A DNA stretch of 64,000 bases from Spirochaetia bacterium. GTDB lineage: Bacteria; Spirochaetota; Spirochaetia; CAKZLE01. The notes beneath the pieces were generated by a model, which saw only the letters and a list, made by a program, of their open reading frames with translations, had not been told where the DNA came from and did not search any database. Made by a program: the position numbers and the translations under genes. The stretch spans positions 1,312,001 to 1,376,000 of the forward strand of contig OY782041.1 in the NCBI GenBank assembly GCA_963677595.1, in the 5' to 3' direction. Shown here one piece after another: positions 17,743 through 28,965 of the stretch (its first letter is position 1; each line of letters starts with the position of its first letter).

Positions 17743-19212
17743 ATGTGTAAAAAAAGTATGACGAATCCGCTGCTGCTGGTCATCGCAGTCATGATGATCC
17801 TCCTGATAACCTCCTGTACCTTCCAGGAAGTGGACTTCGAGGATCAGGACCTGTCGTTCCTCCTTGCCGTGAACAAGGGCCTGACGATGGTCGCGACGAA
17901 CATCGCAGTAGACGCTGACATTACGACAGATAGGAGTTCCAGGACGATAAATCTTTCCGATAATGACTATGAGAGCGATTCTGATACGTATGACGTTTTA
18001 GGAACTATGACTCCAGCTGAAGCTTATGATGAATATCTGAACAGCCAAACGGGCTATGCAGAGGTCCCGGACAAAGAGAGCGACAACAACCGTAAATATA
18101 TTGAATACTTCTATGATGATGAGGCCCTGGAAGGGTACTTCCGCCTCAAGGAGAATGTGACCTATCCCGATTACTACACGGTTGAACTCTACATCTATGA
18201 CCGTTCCAACCTCTACCTTGACTACGAGTATGAGGAGTACCTTGTCGGGAAGGATGATGCCACCTGGGCGTATCTCAGCGCCCCCGCGACTTCCGGCCTG
18301 ATCACGCTGGAGACCCACAACTATGACGGGTCAGTCGTAGAACGGGATATCATCGAGTCCGGCGGTGCAGGGAACGTCTATGACATCGCAGTACCTGCGA
18401 TCACGAGTGCGAACTATACGTTCGACTACGCTGACGACTGGGCGAGTGCACCAGACCCGACCCTTGATGCAGCTGACATCAGCCCCTCACGCGACCTTGC
18501 TGGTGACTTCTATGTGAAGACCTACGGGACCGGCTCTGGGTTCGAGGTCATTTCCTACTATGCGGAGACCAATGACAAGGACAACCGGGGTGCGGTCACC
18601 TACATCATTCAGCCGGAAGATGGCAATGGGAACTACGTGAATACGGTCACCCGCTCAGCCTCGGTCTACGATGCTGACGGCCTGAGTTCACGGACCATCA
18701 AGTCCCTGCAGGCCACGACCTGGGGGAACAGTGATCCCGATACCCTCGACACCCAGGAGATCACGATCGAACCGCAGGATACCGATGACAAGCTGCTCCA
18801 CTACTACCAGGTCGACAAGACCTACTCGGGCTCCCTCGATACTGAGCCGACCTACTATACCATCATGGATATCTCCGAGCAGAACGAGAAGAAGTACTCC
18901 GGTACCTACCAGGTGCTCTGGCCTGATGTGATAGACAACTATACGGTCAAGTATGAAGCGGGTGAGTTCACGATGAAGAAAAAGAAGAGCACGAGCCGCT
19001 CGATCTATGATGAACTGACTGTGAACCTCCAGGGCCTGGAAGGAGACGGCGCGATCACGATCGCCCTCCCGGGAGGCGGGTGGTTCGACGGTACCTTCGT
19101 AGGCGGTGTGATGTCAGGCAGCTATACTTCTGGAGCCGGTGTTGAACAAGCCATCATCGTCAGGTCCGGGTACATCCTGCTCGGTGAAGACCGGACGGTC
19201 TGGTATTACTGA
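17743..19212 (+). CDS. Hypothetical acidic lipoprotein
   Basis: Signal peptide with lipobox LLITS-C; body rich in Asp, Tyr and Thr. Confidence 0.65.
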   Translation: MCKKSMTNPLLLVIAVMMILLITSCTFQEVDFEDQDLSFLLAVNKGLTMVATNIAVDADITTDRSSRTINLSDNDYESDSDTYDVLGTMTPAEAYDEYLNSQTGYAEVPDKESDNNRKYIEYFYDDEALEGYFRLKENVTYPDYYTVELYIYDRSNLYLDYEYEEYLVGKDDATWAYLSAPATSGLITLETHNYDGSVVERDIIESGGAGNVYDIAVPAITSANYTFDYADDWASAPDPTLDAADISPSRDLAGDFYVKTYGTGSGFEVISYYAETNDKDNRGAVTYIIQPEDGNGNYVNTVTRSASVYDADGLSSRTIKSLQATTWGNSDPDTLDTQEITIEPQDTDDKLLHYYQVDKTYSGSLDTEPTYYTIMDISEQNEKKYSGTYQVLWPDVIDNYTVKYEAGEFTMKKKKSTSRSIYDELTVNLQGLEGDGAITIALPGGGWFDGTFVGGVMSGSYTSGAGVEQAIIVRSGYILLGEDRTVWYY

Positions 19213-19775
19213 CCTGTCCCCGACAGGTACTGCATGATACGGTCCTGAGTCTTCAGGAACTGTATGGAGAGCTGCAGGGAGAGGTCCCTGCGCTCATCTG
19301 CTTCCTTCCCATCCCAGGCTGGCAGGGCCTCCCCTGCAGTCTCATGCCCGCCCCTTCCCGGAACGGCATAGAGCGAGATGTTCCCACTGAGCTGTTTCAT
19401 CCTGATGAGTTCCTCTACTGCAGCAGCCTGTTCCTCATACCCGAGTTCTATGAGCCCGGTAGAGAACCCGATCTCCTGCAGGAGGTGCAGTATCTGCCCC
19501 AGGGACGAGATGACCCGCTTGCGCTGCTTCAGCTGGGATGCATCAGCCATCTTCAGCAGCAGTTCCTGCAGGGAGAGGGAGATGAGTTCCCTGCTCTCGG
19601 GCTCCTCTGCATAGGGCAGCTTCAGGGCGAAGAGTTCCGGGTTCCTCCCCTGTCGACCGAATCCCCCCGAGAATGAGGAGGATCGTTCGATGCGCTTCAC
19701 CACAGGGTCAGGAAGGTCGGGATAGACCTGCTGTAATGCTATTCTCGTGATCGAGCGATGGTCTTGACGCTGCAT
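19206..19775 (-). CDS. Hypothetical protein
   Basis: 189-aa ORF directly downstream of the DtxR gene, SD GAGG. Confidence 0.55.
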   Translation of the reverse strand: MQRQDHRSITRIALQQVYPDLPDPVVKRIERSSSFSGGFGRQGRNPELFALKLPYAEEPESRELISLSLQELLLKMADASQLKQRKRVISSLGQILHLLQEIGFSTGLIELGYEEQAAAVEELIRMKQLSGNISLYAVPGRGGHETAGEALPAWDGKEADERRDLSLQLSIQFLKTQDRIMQYLSGTGQ

Positions 19776-19783
19776 ACCTCTAC

Positions 19784-20596
19784 CTACTGCCCATCCTTCC
19801 TGAACCGCCAGCCCCGGTGCTTCCTGGGAAAACGACGGCCTTCCCTGCCGATCTCCGGTCCGCAGTCGTAGTGGTCCCTCCCATGGCGCGGCCCGCGTGG
19901 ATGCCCATGTCTATGGGATATCTCATGGTACCGGTCTGCCGTCAGCCGCCAGACATAGATGGAGGAGGCAACCTCCTCATCGATGGCTATCGTGGAGCCG
20001 TCGCACTCGATGACGATCGACGGGGAGACCTGGTGCACCTTCAGGACCGTACCCGGCCTGATCTGCAGATTGTCAAGGAGATGCAGCTGGTGGTCGTTGT
20101 CCGCATTAACGGCGACCACCCTGCCCGACTCCTCGGGCTGGAGTTCCAGCAGCGAGACAGAGGGGCTCCTGATCGTCTTCTGCTCTGCCCTGCAGCAGGC
20201 TCCCTCCGGGATGGGCAGCCCGTCAGGGCATCTCCGGGGATGCCCGAGGAGTGTGCAGATCCCGTCGATGAGGTCCGTATCGAGGATGTGCTCGAACTCG
20301 CAGGCAGCGATCTCGTAATCCTCGATCCGCAGGACATCATAGAGCAGCCGTTCGGCGAGGCGATGGGCACGGATCAGGAGCCTCCCCCGTTCGTTCCCCT
20401 TCTCCGTGTAGGTGATCTCCTGGGTATCGGCATCGATGACAGCCAGATCCTGGGAGATAAGCTGGTCAGCAACCGACTGGTCATACTCCTCGTTGAAGTA
20501 CTCCTTCAGCAGCGGGACGGTACAGGTCCCCTTCTCCGTGAGGATCCAGACTGCCTCGATATACTCATCAACGATCTTAGTCTCTTTCGTAGCCAT
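19784..20596 (-). CDS. DtxR/MntR family metal-dependent regulator with FeoA domain
   Basis: DEYIEAV, RAHRLAERLL, ACEFEH, LGHPRRCPDGLPIP and C-terminal FeoA-like domain. Confidence 0.9.
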   Translation of the reverse strand: MATKETKIVDEYIEAVWILTEKGTCTVPLLKEYFNEEYDQSVADQLISQDLAVIDADTQEITYTEKGNERGRLLIRAHRLAERLLYDVLRIEDYEIAACEFEHILDTDLIDGICTLLGHPRRCPDGLPIPEGACCRAEQKTIRSPSVSLLELQPEESGRVVAVNADNDHQLHLLDNLQIRPGTVLKVHQVSPSIVIECDGSTIAIDEEVASSIYVWRLTADRYHEISHRHGHPRGPRHGRDHYDCGPEIGREGRRFPRKHRGWRFRKDGQ

Positions 20597-20611
20597 AGAT
20601 GATCACCCCTC

Positions 20612-22570
20612 CTAGAATATTCCCTCTATCTGTGTCAACAGCAGGTTCAGCACCCCTGCCAATGCGATGGTCGATATATTGATCCCGATGAGCATCAGGA
20701 TGCCTGCCTTGGCACCGGCTTCCTTGAACATCGCCACGATGTTGGCGAAACAGGGGACGAACATCGTCGTGACGACGACTGCGATGATGCTCTGGACCGG
20801 GGAGAGCATCCCGGAATCGGACAGCCGCAGGATCAGGCCTGCCGCTGCCTCCTCCCGTGCGATCAGGAGGATCAGCGCCTCCACCATCTGGATCGGCAGC
20901 CCGAGCCAACCGACGACCAGGGGCTCCAGGAAGGTCTTCAAGATATCGAGGAGGCCGATGAGGTCGATGAAGAAGATGATCGCCGAGGCGAGGATGAATA
21001 CCGGGATCGCCTCCTTCAGGAACCACAGCAGGCGGTAGCCGGTCTTCTTGAGGACGGCATCAACCATCGGGATCCTGAACGGGGGGAGCTCCTGGATGAA
21101 GAACTGGTTCCCGTCACTGGTGATGACCCGATTGAGGATCTTGCCGGCAAGCACCTCCACGAGGACGAGGAAGACCAGGGCGATGATGAAGGGCAGGACC
21201 CCTGCCCTCCCGAGGATCGCGATGTTCAGCGCGAGCTGGGCCGAACAGGGGATCGCGAAGGCGATCAGGTAGATCGCTATCAGCCGCTCCTTGCGCGACT
21301 TCAGGCTCCGCGTCGTCAGGGTAGCCATCGTCTTGCAGCCGAACCCCAGGATGATCGGCATGACTGCCCTCCCTGAGAGCCCCACCTTGGTGAACGACCG
21401 TCTCAGCAGGACCGAGAGGTTGGGGAGGTACCCGATGTCCTCGAGGAACCCGAAGAGGAAGAAGAAGACCGACAGGATGGGGAGGATCGTGCAGATCGCG
21501 TTGAAGAGCCCGAGGGTGAGGATACCGAAATCCCCGATGAGGAAGTCATGGAGGATCGGTATCGTGATGACCGAGTCCAGGGCATGGACGATCGGTTCGG
21601 TGATGTAGGTCTCCATGAGGCCGGCAAGCCAGCCGGCGAACACCACGACACCGAGATAGGAGAGTGCTATGAACACCAGCAGGAAGCCGAACCCGATCAC
21701 CGGGTGGCGGCTGTAGTAGCCCAGTCTCGAAGCAAGGCCGGTATCCTTCTGTGCGCTCCTGCTGGTGACCACCTTGTCATAGAGGTCATCGGTCCACTTG
21801 CCGAGCTGGCGGTTCATGATGGTGTTCACATCACCCTTGAAGGTGGCGAGCATGGCTGATACGGAGGAAGACACCTCCTTCGCGGTACCCTCAGGGACCT
21901 CGAGGCCGTCTTTCTCACCGAACTCGATCCTCTCGAGTTCCACATCCCCCGACAACGCCATCGAGACGACATGCTCCTTGTACGGCATCGTCTCAGGGAG
22001 TACGGCAGAGAGTCTCTTGGAGAGCCTTGTGATCTCATCGGTGAAGGGGCTCCCCGAACGGGAGACACGTGCCAGGGTGACCGCCTCGCGGAGGTCATAC
22101 ATCCCCGAACCCACATGGGCTGCCGTTTCGATGACCGGGATACCAAGCAGGTTTGACAGCCGGTTCGTATCGATCCTTACCCCCCGCTTCGCCGTCTCGT
22201 CGATGACGTTCAGGCTGAGCACCATGGGGAGTCCGTAGCCAAGCAGCTCTGCCGTCAGCTTCAGCGACTGTCTCAGCCGGTTGGCGTCGATGCACTGCAG
22301 GATGAGGTCCGGCTGCTCATCGACCATCGCCCGACGGAAGATCAGGGCTTCGGAGGAGTCGGCATGCAGGGTATTGATCCCGGGCGTGTCGATCAGCTCC
22401 CAGGTGGTGTTCCTGAAGCTGAAGGTCGCCGCCTCTTCCTTCAGGGTGGTCATGGGATAGTTCGCCACGACCCCGTAGGAGCCGGTCAGGTTGTTGAATA
22501 TCTGGGTCTTGCCTGAATTGGCAAGCCCTGCAAGCATGATCTTCTTCGTCTCATGAGTCTGCTTCGTCAT
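20612..22570 (-). CDS. feoB: Ferrous iron transporter FeoB
   Basis: GTPase GLANSGKT, VANYPMTT, DTPG, then membrane domain with LEDIGYL, GFGC, IPCSAQ, PCFA; start set at MTKQTH. Confidence 0.92.
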   Translation of the reverse strand: MTKQTHETKKIMLAGLANSGKTQIFNNLTGSYGVVANYPMTTLKEEAATFSFRNTTWELIDTPGINTLHADSSEALIFRRAMVDEQPDLILQCIDANRLRQSLKLTAELLGYGLPMVLSLNVIDETAKRGVRIDTNRLSNLLGIPVIETAAHVGSGMYDLREAVTLARVSRSGSPFTDEITRLSKRLSAVLPETMPYKEHVVSMALSGDVELERIEFGEKDGLEVPEGTAKEVSSSVSAMLATFKGDVNTIMNRQLGKWTDDLYDKVVTSRSAQKDTGLASRLGYYSRHPVIGFGFLLVFIALSYLGVVVFAGWLAGLMETYITEPIVHALDSVITIPILHDFLIGDFGILTLGLFNAICTILPILSVFFFLFGFLEDIGYLPNLSVLLRRSFTKVGLSGRAVMPIILGFGCKTMATLTTRSLKSRKERLIAIYLIAFAIPCSAQLALNIAILGRAGVLPFIIALVFLVLVEVLAGKILNRVITSDGNQFFIQELPPFRIPMVDAVLKKTGYRLLWFLKEAIPVFILASAIIFFIDLIGLLDILKTFLEPLVVGWLGLPIQMVEALILLIAREEAAAGLILRLSDSGMLSPVQSIIAVVVTTMFVPCFANIVAMFKEAGAKAGILMLIGINISTIALAGVLNLLLTQIEGIF

Positions 22571-22833
22571 ACTTGAACAGTAATTGTTCTTGCCCCGATA
22601 GTCAACGTTTCGCGACCCGTTGGTGATAAATAAATTAGAAATACCTAACAATCTGAAGCTGTATGAACATCTTGCCGTGATTTTATCGATTAAAGTAAAA
22701 TCATACACCTTGAAAGGTTGCAGTATAATCGATATAGTTAGCCTGAGCGATTTTGCGTCCAAGACCGATCCCCGGGCAACCCCGAAACTGCCTCCGGTAT
22801 GAGGACGCTATTATATGTCGTAAGGAGCACACA

Positions 22834-23064
22834 GTGTCGTTATTAGAGCAAGGCTTAGTCCTTATGGTAATAGGTATGTCTGTAGTATTCAGCTTCCTTG
22901 TTATCCTGGTCTTCGTTACGAAGCTACTATCCGCAATTGTCAAACGGTTCTTCCCGGAAAAGGAAGCACCTGTCAAGGCAAAGGCCCCCCGTATCATTGG
23001 CGGTTCAGCTGATGCTGAAATAGCCCTCGCAATTGCTGCAGCTGCAGCACAATCAGAACGTTAA
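22834..23064 (+). CDS. oadG: Sodium-translocating decarboxylase gamma subunit (OadG)
   Basis: GTG start after AAGGAG; GM.VVF.FLVILV transmembrane segment; AIAAA tail. Confidence 0.85.
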   Translation: MSLLEQGLVLMVIGMSVVFSFLVILVFVTKLLSAIVKRFFPEKEAPVKAKAPRIIGGSADAEIALAIAAAAAQSER

Positions 23065-23085
23065 GTTCAAGATCAAGGAGTTCTC

Positions 23086-24894
23086 ATGAAAAAACGTGTA
23101 AACTTTATGTGCACAGCTTTCCGGGACGGGTTCCAGTCCGTCTATGGAGCAAGAGTCTTTACCAAAGACTTCATGCCGGCTGTAGAAGCAGCTGCTGCTG
23201 CAGGTATCGACCATTTCGAGGCTGGCGGCGGCGCCCGATTCCAGTCCCTCTATTTCTATTCGAATGAAGATGCATTCGAGATGATGGATGAGTTCAGGAA
23301 GACCGCTGGTCCTGATGCCAACCTCCAGACCCTCGCACGAGGCGTCAATGTCGTAGGTCTCGACTCACAGCCGAGAGACGTCATCAATCTCCATGCGAAG
23401 ATGTTCAAGAAACACGGGATCACGACCATCCGAAACTTCGACGCACTCAACGATGTCAACAACCTGATCTACTCAGGGCAGTGCATCCATGATGCAGGCC
23501 TCAAGCACGAAGTCGTCGTCACCATGATGGCACTTCCCCCAGGGGCTAAAGGGGCACATGATCCTGACTTCTACGAGGGAGTCCTCAAGAAGATCCTCGA
23601 TGCCGGTATCCCCTATGACTCAGTATGTTTCAAGGATGCGTCAGGTACCACCACCCCGAGGATCGTCTACGAGACGATCAAGAGGGCTCGCAAGCTCCTC
23701 GGAAAGGACATGAACCTCGTATTCCATTCACATGAGACTGCCGGTGTATCGATCCAACAGTATATGTCAGCGATCGAGGCCGGTGCGAACCAGGTGGACC
23801 TCTCCATGTCCCCCGCTTCAGGCGGAACCTGCCAGCCCGACATCATCACCATGTGGCATGCCCTGCGAAACACTGATTACGACCTCGGCATCGATATCGA
23901 CAAGATCATGGAAGCAGAGGAAGTCTTCAAGGACTGCATGAAGGACTACTTCCTGCCGCCAGAGGCGACCATGGTCAACCCGCTGATCCCCTTCTCACCG
24001 CTCCCGGGTGGTGCGCTTACCGCGAACACCCAGATGCTCAGGGACAACGACCTGATGGACCGGTACCATGAGATCACCATGGCAATGGGAGAGGTCGTGG
24101 ACCGAGGAGGGTTCGCTACTTCCGTGACCCCTGTCTCACAGTTCTACTTCCAGCAGGCATTCAACAACGTCATGTTCGGGCCCTGGAAGAAGATCGCTGA
24201 AGGCTACGGCAAGATGGTCCTCGGCTACTTCGGGAAGACCCCGGTCGAGCCGGACCCGGAGATTGTCAAGATCGCTGCTGAACAGCTGAAGCTCGAAGCT
24301 ACCGACAAGCTCGTCGTCGACATCAACGATGCTGACCCCACCAAGGGTATCGGGCCTGCTACCGAACTGCTCAAGAAGGAGAACCTCCCGACAACAGACG
24401 AGAACATCTTCATCGCCGCAGCATGTAAGGAGAAGGGTATCCAGTTCCTCAAGGGCGAGGCACGGATCGGTGTCAGGAAGATCGACCCCAATGCGAAGGC
24501 AGAGGCTCCCGCAGCGGCTGCACCTTCAGCTGACGGCTACACGGTCACCATCAACAACAAGAACTACTCCGTGAAATTCGACGGTGGTAAGGCTGTCGTG
24601 AACGGCACATCCTATGACTATGCGGTCAAGGCTGGTATGGAAGAAGGTGCTTCAGCAGCACCTGCAGCAGCTGCCGGCCCCGGGACCGAGGTCAAGGCAC
24701 CGATGCCAGGCCTCATCCTCAGGATCGAGAGCCAGGTCGGTGAAGAGGTCGCTGACGGTGATCTGCTCCTCGTCATGGAAGCCATGAAGATGGAGACTGA
24801 GATCTTTGCACCCTGTGCAGGTACGATCCGGGAAATCAAGGTCACCCAGGGTGACCAGAAGAAAGCCGGGGATGTACTGGTAGTCATCGGCTAA
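23086..24894 (+). CDS. oadA: Oxaloacetate decarboxylase alpha subunit with biotin carrier
   Basis: RDGFQS, FKD, HSH, PGG motifs and EAMKM biotinylation site. Confidence 0.9.
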   Translation: MKKRVNFMCTAFRDGFQSVYGARVFTKDFMPAVEAAAAAGIDHFEAGGGARFQSLYFYSNEDAFEMMDEFRKTAGPDANLQTLARGVNVVGLDSQPRDVINLHAKMFKKHGITTIRNFDALNDVNNLIYSGQCIHDAGLKHEVVVTMMALPPGAKGAHDPDFYEGVLKKILDAGIPYDSVCFKDASGTTTPRIVYETIKRARKLLGKDMNLVFHSHETAGVSIQQYMSAIEAGANQVDLSMSPASGGTCQPDIITMWHALRNTDYDLGIDIDKIMEAEEVFKDCMKDYFLPPEATMVNPLIPFSPLPGGALTANTQMLRDNDLMDRYHEITMAMGEVVDRGGFATSVTPVSQFYFQQAFNNVMFGPWKKIAEGYGKMVLGYFGKTPVEPDPEIVKIAAEQLKLEATDKLVVDINDADPTKGIGPATELLKKENLPTTDENIFIAAACKEKGIQFLKGEARIGVRKIDPNAKAEAPAAAAPSADGYTVTINNKNYSVKFDGGKAVVNGTSYDYAVKAGMEEGASAAPAAAAGPGTEVKAPMPGLILRIESQVGEEVADGDLLLVMEAMKMETEIFAPCAGTIREIKVTQGDQKKAGDVLVVIG

Positions 24895-24904
24895 AGGAGA
24901 ATTT

Positions 24905-26062
24905 ATGAATCTAGGATATGCACTTCAACAATTCTGGATGTCTACCGGTGTCATGAACATGACGTGGGGCCAGATCGTTATGATCTTAGTCGGCTTCGTT
25001 CTCCTCTATCTTGCTATCAAGAAGGGGTTCGAGCCGCTGCTCCTCATCCCAATCGGGTTCGGTGCCATCCTCTCAAATATTCCGTTAGCCGAGATTGCCA
25101 ATGCAGAGGTTGACGGGTTCATCGGGATCCTCTACCACATGGGTGTCGAGACGGGACTCTTCCCGCTGCTCATCTTCATGGGTGTAGGGGCCATGACTGA
25201 CTTCGGTCCGCTGATCGCTAACCCGAAGACGCTGCTCCTCGGGGCTGCCGCACAGTTCGGCATCTTCTGCGCCCTGCTCGGCGCACTGGCACTCAGCGGC
25301 CTCCCGTTCATCAACTTCGACCTCTTCGATGCCGGTTCTATCGGTATCATCGGAGGTGCGGACGGACCGACGGCCATCTATGTGACCAGCCGGCTGTCGC
25401 CGGACCTGCTCGGCCCGATCGCGGTAGCGGCCTATTCGTACATGGCACTCGTACCGATCATCCAGCCGCCCATCATGCGTGCCCTCACCTCCAAGGAGGA
25501 GCGGGTCATCAAGATGGAACAGCTCAGGCACGTGACCCAGCTCGAGAAGATCCTCTTCCCGATCTCAGTACTCACCGTCTGTATCATCCTGCTGCCTTCA
25601 GCCACCCCGCTCATCGGAGCCCTGATGTTCGGTAACCTGGCGAAGGAATGCGGCGTTGTGGCAAGACTCTCAGACACCATGCAGAACGCCCTGATGAACA
25701 TCGTCACCATCTTCCTCGGCCTCTCGGTCGGCTCGAAGATGCAGGCTGACAAGTTCCTCAAGGCAGAGACCCTCGGGATCCTCGCCCTCGGCCTGGTCGC
25801 ATTCTCGATCGGGACCGCAACTGGGGTCCTGCTCGCGAAACTGATGAACAAGCTCTCCAAACATCCGATCAACCCCCTCATCGGGGCAGCGGGTGTATCT
25901 GCCGTACCGATGGCCGCACGAGTGGCCAACAAGGTCGGGCAGGAGGAGAATCCGCACAACTTCCTGCTCATGCATGCGATGGGACCCAACGTTGCTGGTG
26001 TCCTTGGTTCTGCAGTAGCAGCCGGTGTACTGCTCGCTATCGTTCCCGTCATCGGCGGGTAA
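24905..26062 (+). CDS. oadB: Sodium-translocating decarboxylase beta subunit
   Basis: [42 protein letters not shown]. Confidence 0.95.
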   Translation: MNLGYALQQFWMSTGVMNMTWGQIVMILVGFVLLYLAIKKGFEPLLLIPIGFGAILSNIPLAEIANAEVDGFIGILYHMGVETGLFPLLIFMGVGAMTDFGPLIANPKTLLLGAAAQFGIFCALLGALALSGLPFINFDLFDAGSIGIIGGADGPTAIYVTSRLSPDLLGPIAVAAYSYMALVPIIQPPIMRALTSKEERVIKMEQLRHVTQLEKILFPISVLTVCIILLPSATPLIGALMFGNLAKECGVVARLSDTMQNALMNIVTIFLGLSVGSKMQADKFLKAETLGILALGLVAFSIGTATGVLLAKLMNKLSKHPINPLIGAAGVSAVPMAARVANKVGQEENPHNFLLMHAMGPNVAGVLGSAVAAGVLLAIVPVIGG

Positions 26063-26120
26063 GAGGAGCCGCACGCACCTCTCTGCCTTGGATCTGATCC
26101 TCGGCAGATTCATATAGACG

Positions 26121-26158
26121 AAGGCTGTCGTGGCATACGTGCCATGACAGCCTTTTTT
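26121..26158 (+). terminator. Rho-independent terminator after oadB
   Basis: AAGGCTGTCGTGGCA-TACG-TGCCATGACAGCCTT followed by a T run. Confidence 0.85.
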
Positions 26159-26234
26159 GCGCCCAACCCTATCAGCCGGGTTTGTATTGTTTTCATCAGT
26201 CCCACGTGCTATGCTTCAGGGAGACTGGAGGACC

Positions 26235-26768
26235 ATGATGGGAATAGAGAAACGGACTGACTACATCGGCTGGGATGAGTACTTCATGGGAGTAGCGATC
26301 CTTTCGGCAAAGAGGAGCAAGGACCCATCTACCCAGGTAGGGGCCTGCATCGTGAATGCCCAGAAGAAGATCGTGGGGACCGGCTATAACGGGTTCCCCA
26401 TCGGCTGCGATGACGACGAGCTCCCCTGGGACCGGGAAGGCGAATTCCTGGAGACGAAGTACCCCTACGTATGCCATGCAGAGCTCAACGCCATCCTCAA
26501 CAGCATCTCACGCGACCTGCACGGCTGCTCGATCTATGTCGCCCTCTTCCCCTGCAACGAATGTGCCAAGGCCATCATCCAGTCAGGTATCAGGGAGGTC
26601 GTATACCTCTCTGACAAGTATGCCGACACCGATATCGTGAAAGCATCGAAGCGGATGTTCTCCCAGGCCGGGGTCTCCCTGCGGCAGCTGGACCTCGGAG
26701 GGCGGCAGCTCATCCTGAACCTCACAGCTGAAGAAGATAAGGAGAACCACACATGCCAGACGTGTTAG
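26235..26768 (+). CDS. dCMP deaminase family protein
   Basis: [25 protein letters not shown]. Confidence 0.92.
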   Translation: MMGIEKRTDYIGWDEYFMGVAILSAKRSKDPSTQVGACIVNAQKKIVGTGYNGFPIGCDDDELPWDREGEFLETKYPYVCHAELNAILNSISRDLHGCSIYVALFPCNECAKAIIQSGIREVVYLSDKYADTDIVKASKRMFSQAGVSLRQLDLGGRQLILNLTAEEDKENHTCQTC

Positions 26769-27670
26769 CTGTATGCCTGAACCCGACATTCCAGAGGACC
26801 TTCGTCGTACCCCGCCTGTGGGAGAACGAGGTGAACAGGTCGAACGAGTATTACTACGACGTGGCTGGGAAAGGGCTGAATACCGCCCGGATCCTGACGC
26901 AGTTAGGGGTATCGGCGATACACCTGACCCATATTGGCGGCGAGTACGGTCAGCAGTACCTCGATTTCAACATGCGCGAGCATATACCCATCGCTGCCGT
27001 GGAGACCGACACGCAGGTCCGTACCTGCTACACGATCATCAACAACGAACAGCATACCACGACCGAGATCGTGGAGGAGGCCCTTGCGGTACCAGCGGAT
27101 ACGGAAGAACGCGTCCTGAAGAAGTTCCGGGAACTGCTCAAGTACGTGAAGATCGTCACCATCTCCGGGACCAGGTCCCCGGGGTATTCCGATGAGCTCT
27201 ACCCCACCATGGTGAAGGAGGCAAAGGAGCTTGGGAAGACGGTCATCCTCGACATCAAGGGGAAGAGCCTGCTCGACTGCATGCCCTACCATCCTGACTA
27301 TATCAATCCGAACTTCCAGGAGTTCGCATCGACCTTCCTTCCCGACCTTGAAGTGAAAGAGCATGAGGAGAATGAGAAGATCACCGGGATCATCAGGGAG
27401 CAGATGCTCACGATATTCCAGGAGTCAGGGTCGACCTGCGTGCTCACGCACGGGGCACTGCCCACACTCTTCGTCGAGGATGGGGAGATCCGCCAGTCCC
27501 CGGTGAAGCGCATCGTACCGGTCAACACGATCGGTTCCGGGGATGCCTTCACGGCAGGCTTCGCCTCGATCATCCTCCAGGGAGGAACGGTGGGGGAAGC
27601 CGTCCACAAGGGCCAGGAGTGCGGGGCACTGAACGCCCTCAGGATCCGTCCGGGAACTATCAAGGGATAG
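26753..27670 (+). CDS. 1-phosphofructokinase-family (PfkB) sugar kinase
   Basis: [18 protein letters not shown]. Confidence 0.88.
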   Translation: MPDVLAVCLNPTFQRTFVVPRLWENEVNRSNEYYYDVAGKGLNTARILTQLGVSAIHLTHIGGEYGQQYLDFNMREHIPIAAVETDTQVRTCYTIINNEQHTTTEIVEEALAVPADTEERVLKKFRELLKYVKIVTISGTRSPGYSDELYPTMVKEAKELGKTVILDIKGKSLLDCMPYHPDYINPNFQEFASTFLPDLEVKEHEENEKITGIIREQMLTIFQESGSTCVLTHGALPTLFVEDGEIRQSPVKRIVPVNTIGSGDAFTAGFASIILQGGTVGEAVHKGQECGALNALRIRPGTIKG

Positions 27671-27675
27671 GAATA

Positions 27676-27724
27676 TGGAGTTCATAACTCCAGATTTATC
27701 ATGAAATCGGAGTTGACAACTCCA
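27676..27724. promoter_or_regulatory. Twin palindromic boxes upstream of the second AAA_14 gene
   Basis: TGGAGTTCATAACTCCA (27676-27692) and CGGAGTTGACAACTCCA (27708-27724). Confidence 0.55.
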
Positions 27725-27747
27725 ATTTTCTAATTTACCCTAGACCT

Positions 27748-28881
27748 ATGATCACACGACTGTTCTCACTCATACCACAAAAAAGCTCGTTCATCTTCGG
27801 GCCGAGGGGCACCGGGAAGACGACATGGCTGAAGACCCAGCTTGAGGCCCCGGTCTATCTTGATCTCCTGCATTCACCGACCTTCCTGCGATACTCAGCA
27901 GATCCAGCTGCTCTGGAATTCCTGATCCCGAAAGGCAGCACCGGCCCCGTGGTGATTGATGAGATCCAGAGAATACCTGCTCTGCTCAATGAGGTCCACC
28001 GCCTGATCGAATCACGGGGGATCACGTTCATCCTGACTGGTTCGAGTGCACGCTCCCTGCGGAAGGCAGGGGTCAACCTGCTTGCAGGCAGGGCCCTCAC
28101 CCGGCATATGTACCCGCTGACCGCCATCGAGCTGGGGGACCGGTTCAACCTGGAGGACTCAATCAGGTACGGCCACCTGCCCTCCCTGCTCACCGAGCCT
28201 GACAAACAGGCATACCTCTCCAGCTATGTCAGTACATACATCAAAGAGGAGGTCCTGCAGGAGGGGCTGACGAGGGATATCGGGGCATTCGCCCGCTTCC
28301 TCGAGATCGCGAGCTTCTCCCATGCTGCGGTCATCAACTATTCAGCGATCGCCAGGGAGGCAGCTACACATCGGAAGGTCGTGGAGAACTACTTCAGCAT
28401 CCTCGAGGACCTGCTCATCGGGTCGCAGCTGCCGGTCTTCACCAGGCGGGCGAAGCGGAAGATGACAGCCACCCCGAAGTTCTTCTTCTTCGATACCGGG
28501 ATCTACCAGACTCTTCGCCCGAAGGGACCGCTTGATTCCTATTCAGAAGTCTCAGGCCCGGCCCTGGAAGGGCTCTTCCTCCAGGACCTGCGAGCGATCA
28601 ATGAGTATCGTGGGCTGGAGTATCAGGTCTATTTCTGGCGGTCCCAGGCAGGGACCGAAGTCGATTTCGTGATCTATGGGGAACGGGGACTCAAAGCCTT
28701 CGAGGTCAAGCACAGCAAGACTCTCCGGCAGAAGGATCTCGCAGGATTGCAGGCATTCGCCCATGACTACCCGGAGGCAGAGCTGTATCTCCTGAACCTC
28801 GGTGATACCATCGAGTACCATGGGGAAGTCACCGTCATGCCCTTAGCACATGCACTGACCAGTCTCGACAGCCTCCTGTGA
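27748..28881 (+). CDS. AAA_14 ATPase with DUF4143
   Basis: GPRGTGKTT, IDEIQ, TGSSAR, KFFFFDTG, FWRSQAGTEVDF, FEVK. Confidence 0.9.
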   Translation: MITRLFSLIPQKSSFIFGPRGTGKTTWLKTQLEAPVYLDLLHSPTFLRYSADPAALEFLIPKGSTGPVVIDEIQRIPALLNEVHRLIESRGITFILTGSSARSLRKAGVNLLAGRALTRHMYPLTAIELGDRFNLEDSIRYGHLPSLLTEPDKQAYLSSYVSTYIKEEVLQEGLTRDIGAFARFLEIASFSHAAVINYSAIAREAATHRKVVENYFSILEDLLIGSQLPVFTRRAKRKMTATPKFFFFDTGIYQTLRPKGPLDSYSEVSGPALEGLFLQDLRAINEYRGLEYQVYFWRSQAGTEVDFVIYGERGLKAFEVKHSKTLRQKDLAGLQAFAHDYPEAELYLLNLGDTIEYHGEVTVMPLAHALTSLDSLL

Positions 28882-28907
28882 ACCAGCACACCTGCCCCCA
28901 GGACAGT

Positions 28908-28934
28908 CCAGGCTGCCGCAACGCGGCAGCCTGG
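28908..28934. terminator. Hairpin between convergent genes
   Basis: CCAGGCTGCCGC-AAC-GCGGCAGCCTGG. Confidence 0.6.
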
Positions 28935-28965
28935 TTGAATTCAACTGTATAGCAAAGGGGTCTGA

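Noticed and set aside
22635-22648. TTAG-N6-CTAA as a possible DtxR box upstream of feoB
   Set aside because: Too short and degenerate to support without a motif model.
22571-22762. N-terminal extension of FeoB in the ORF track
   Set aside because: AT-rich promoter-like sequence; the GTPase domain starts right after the ATG at 22570.
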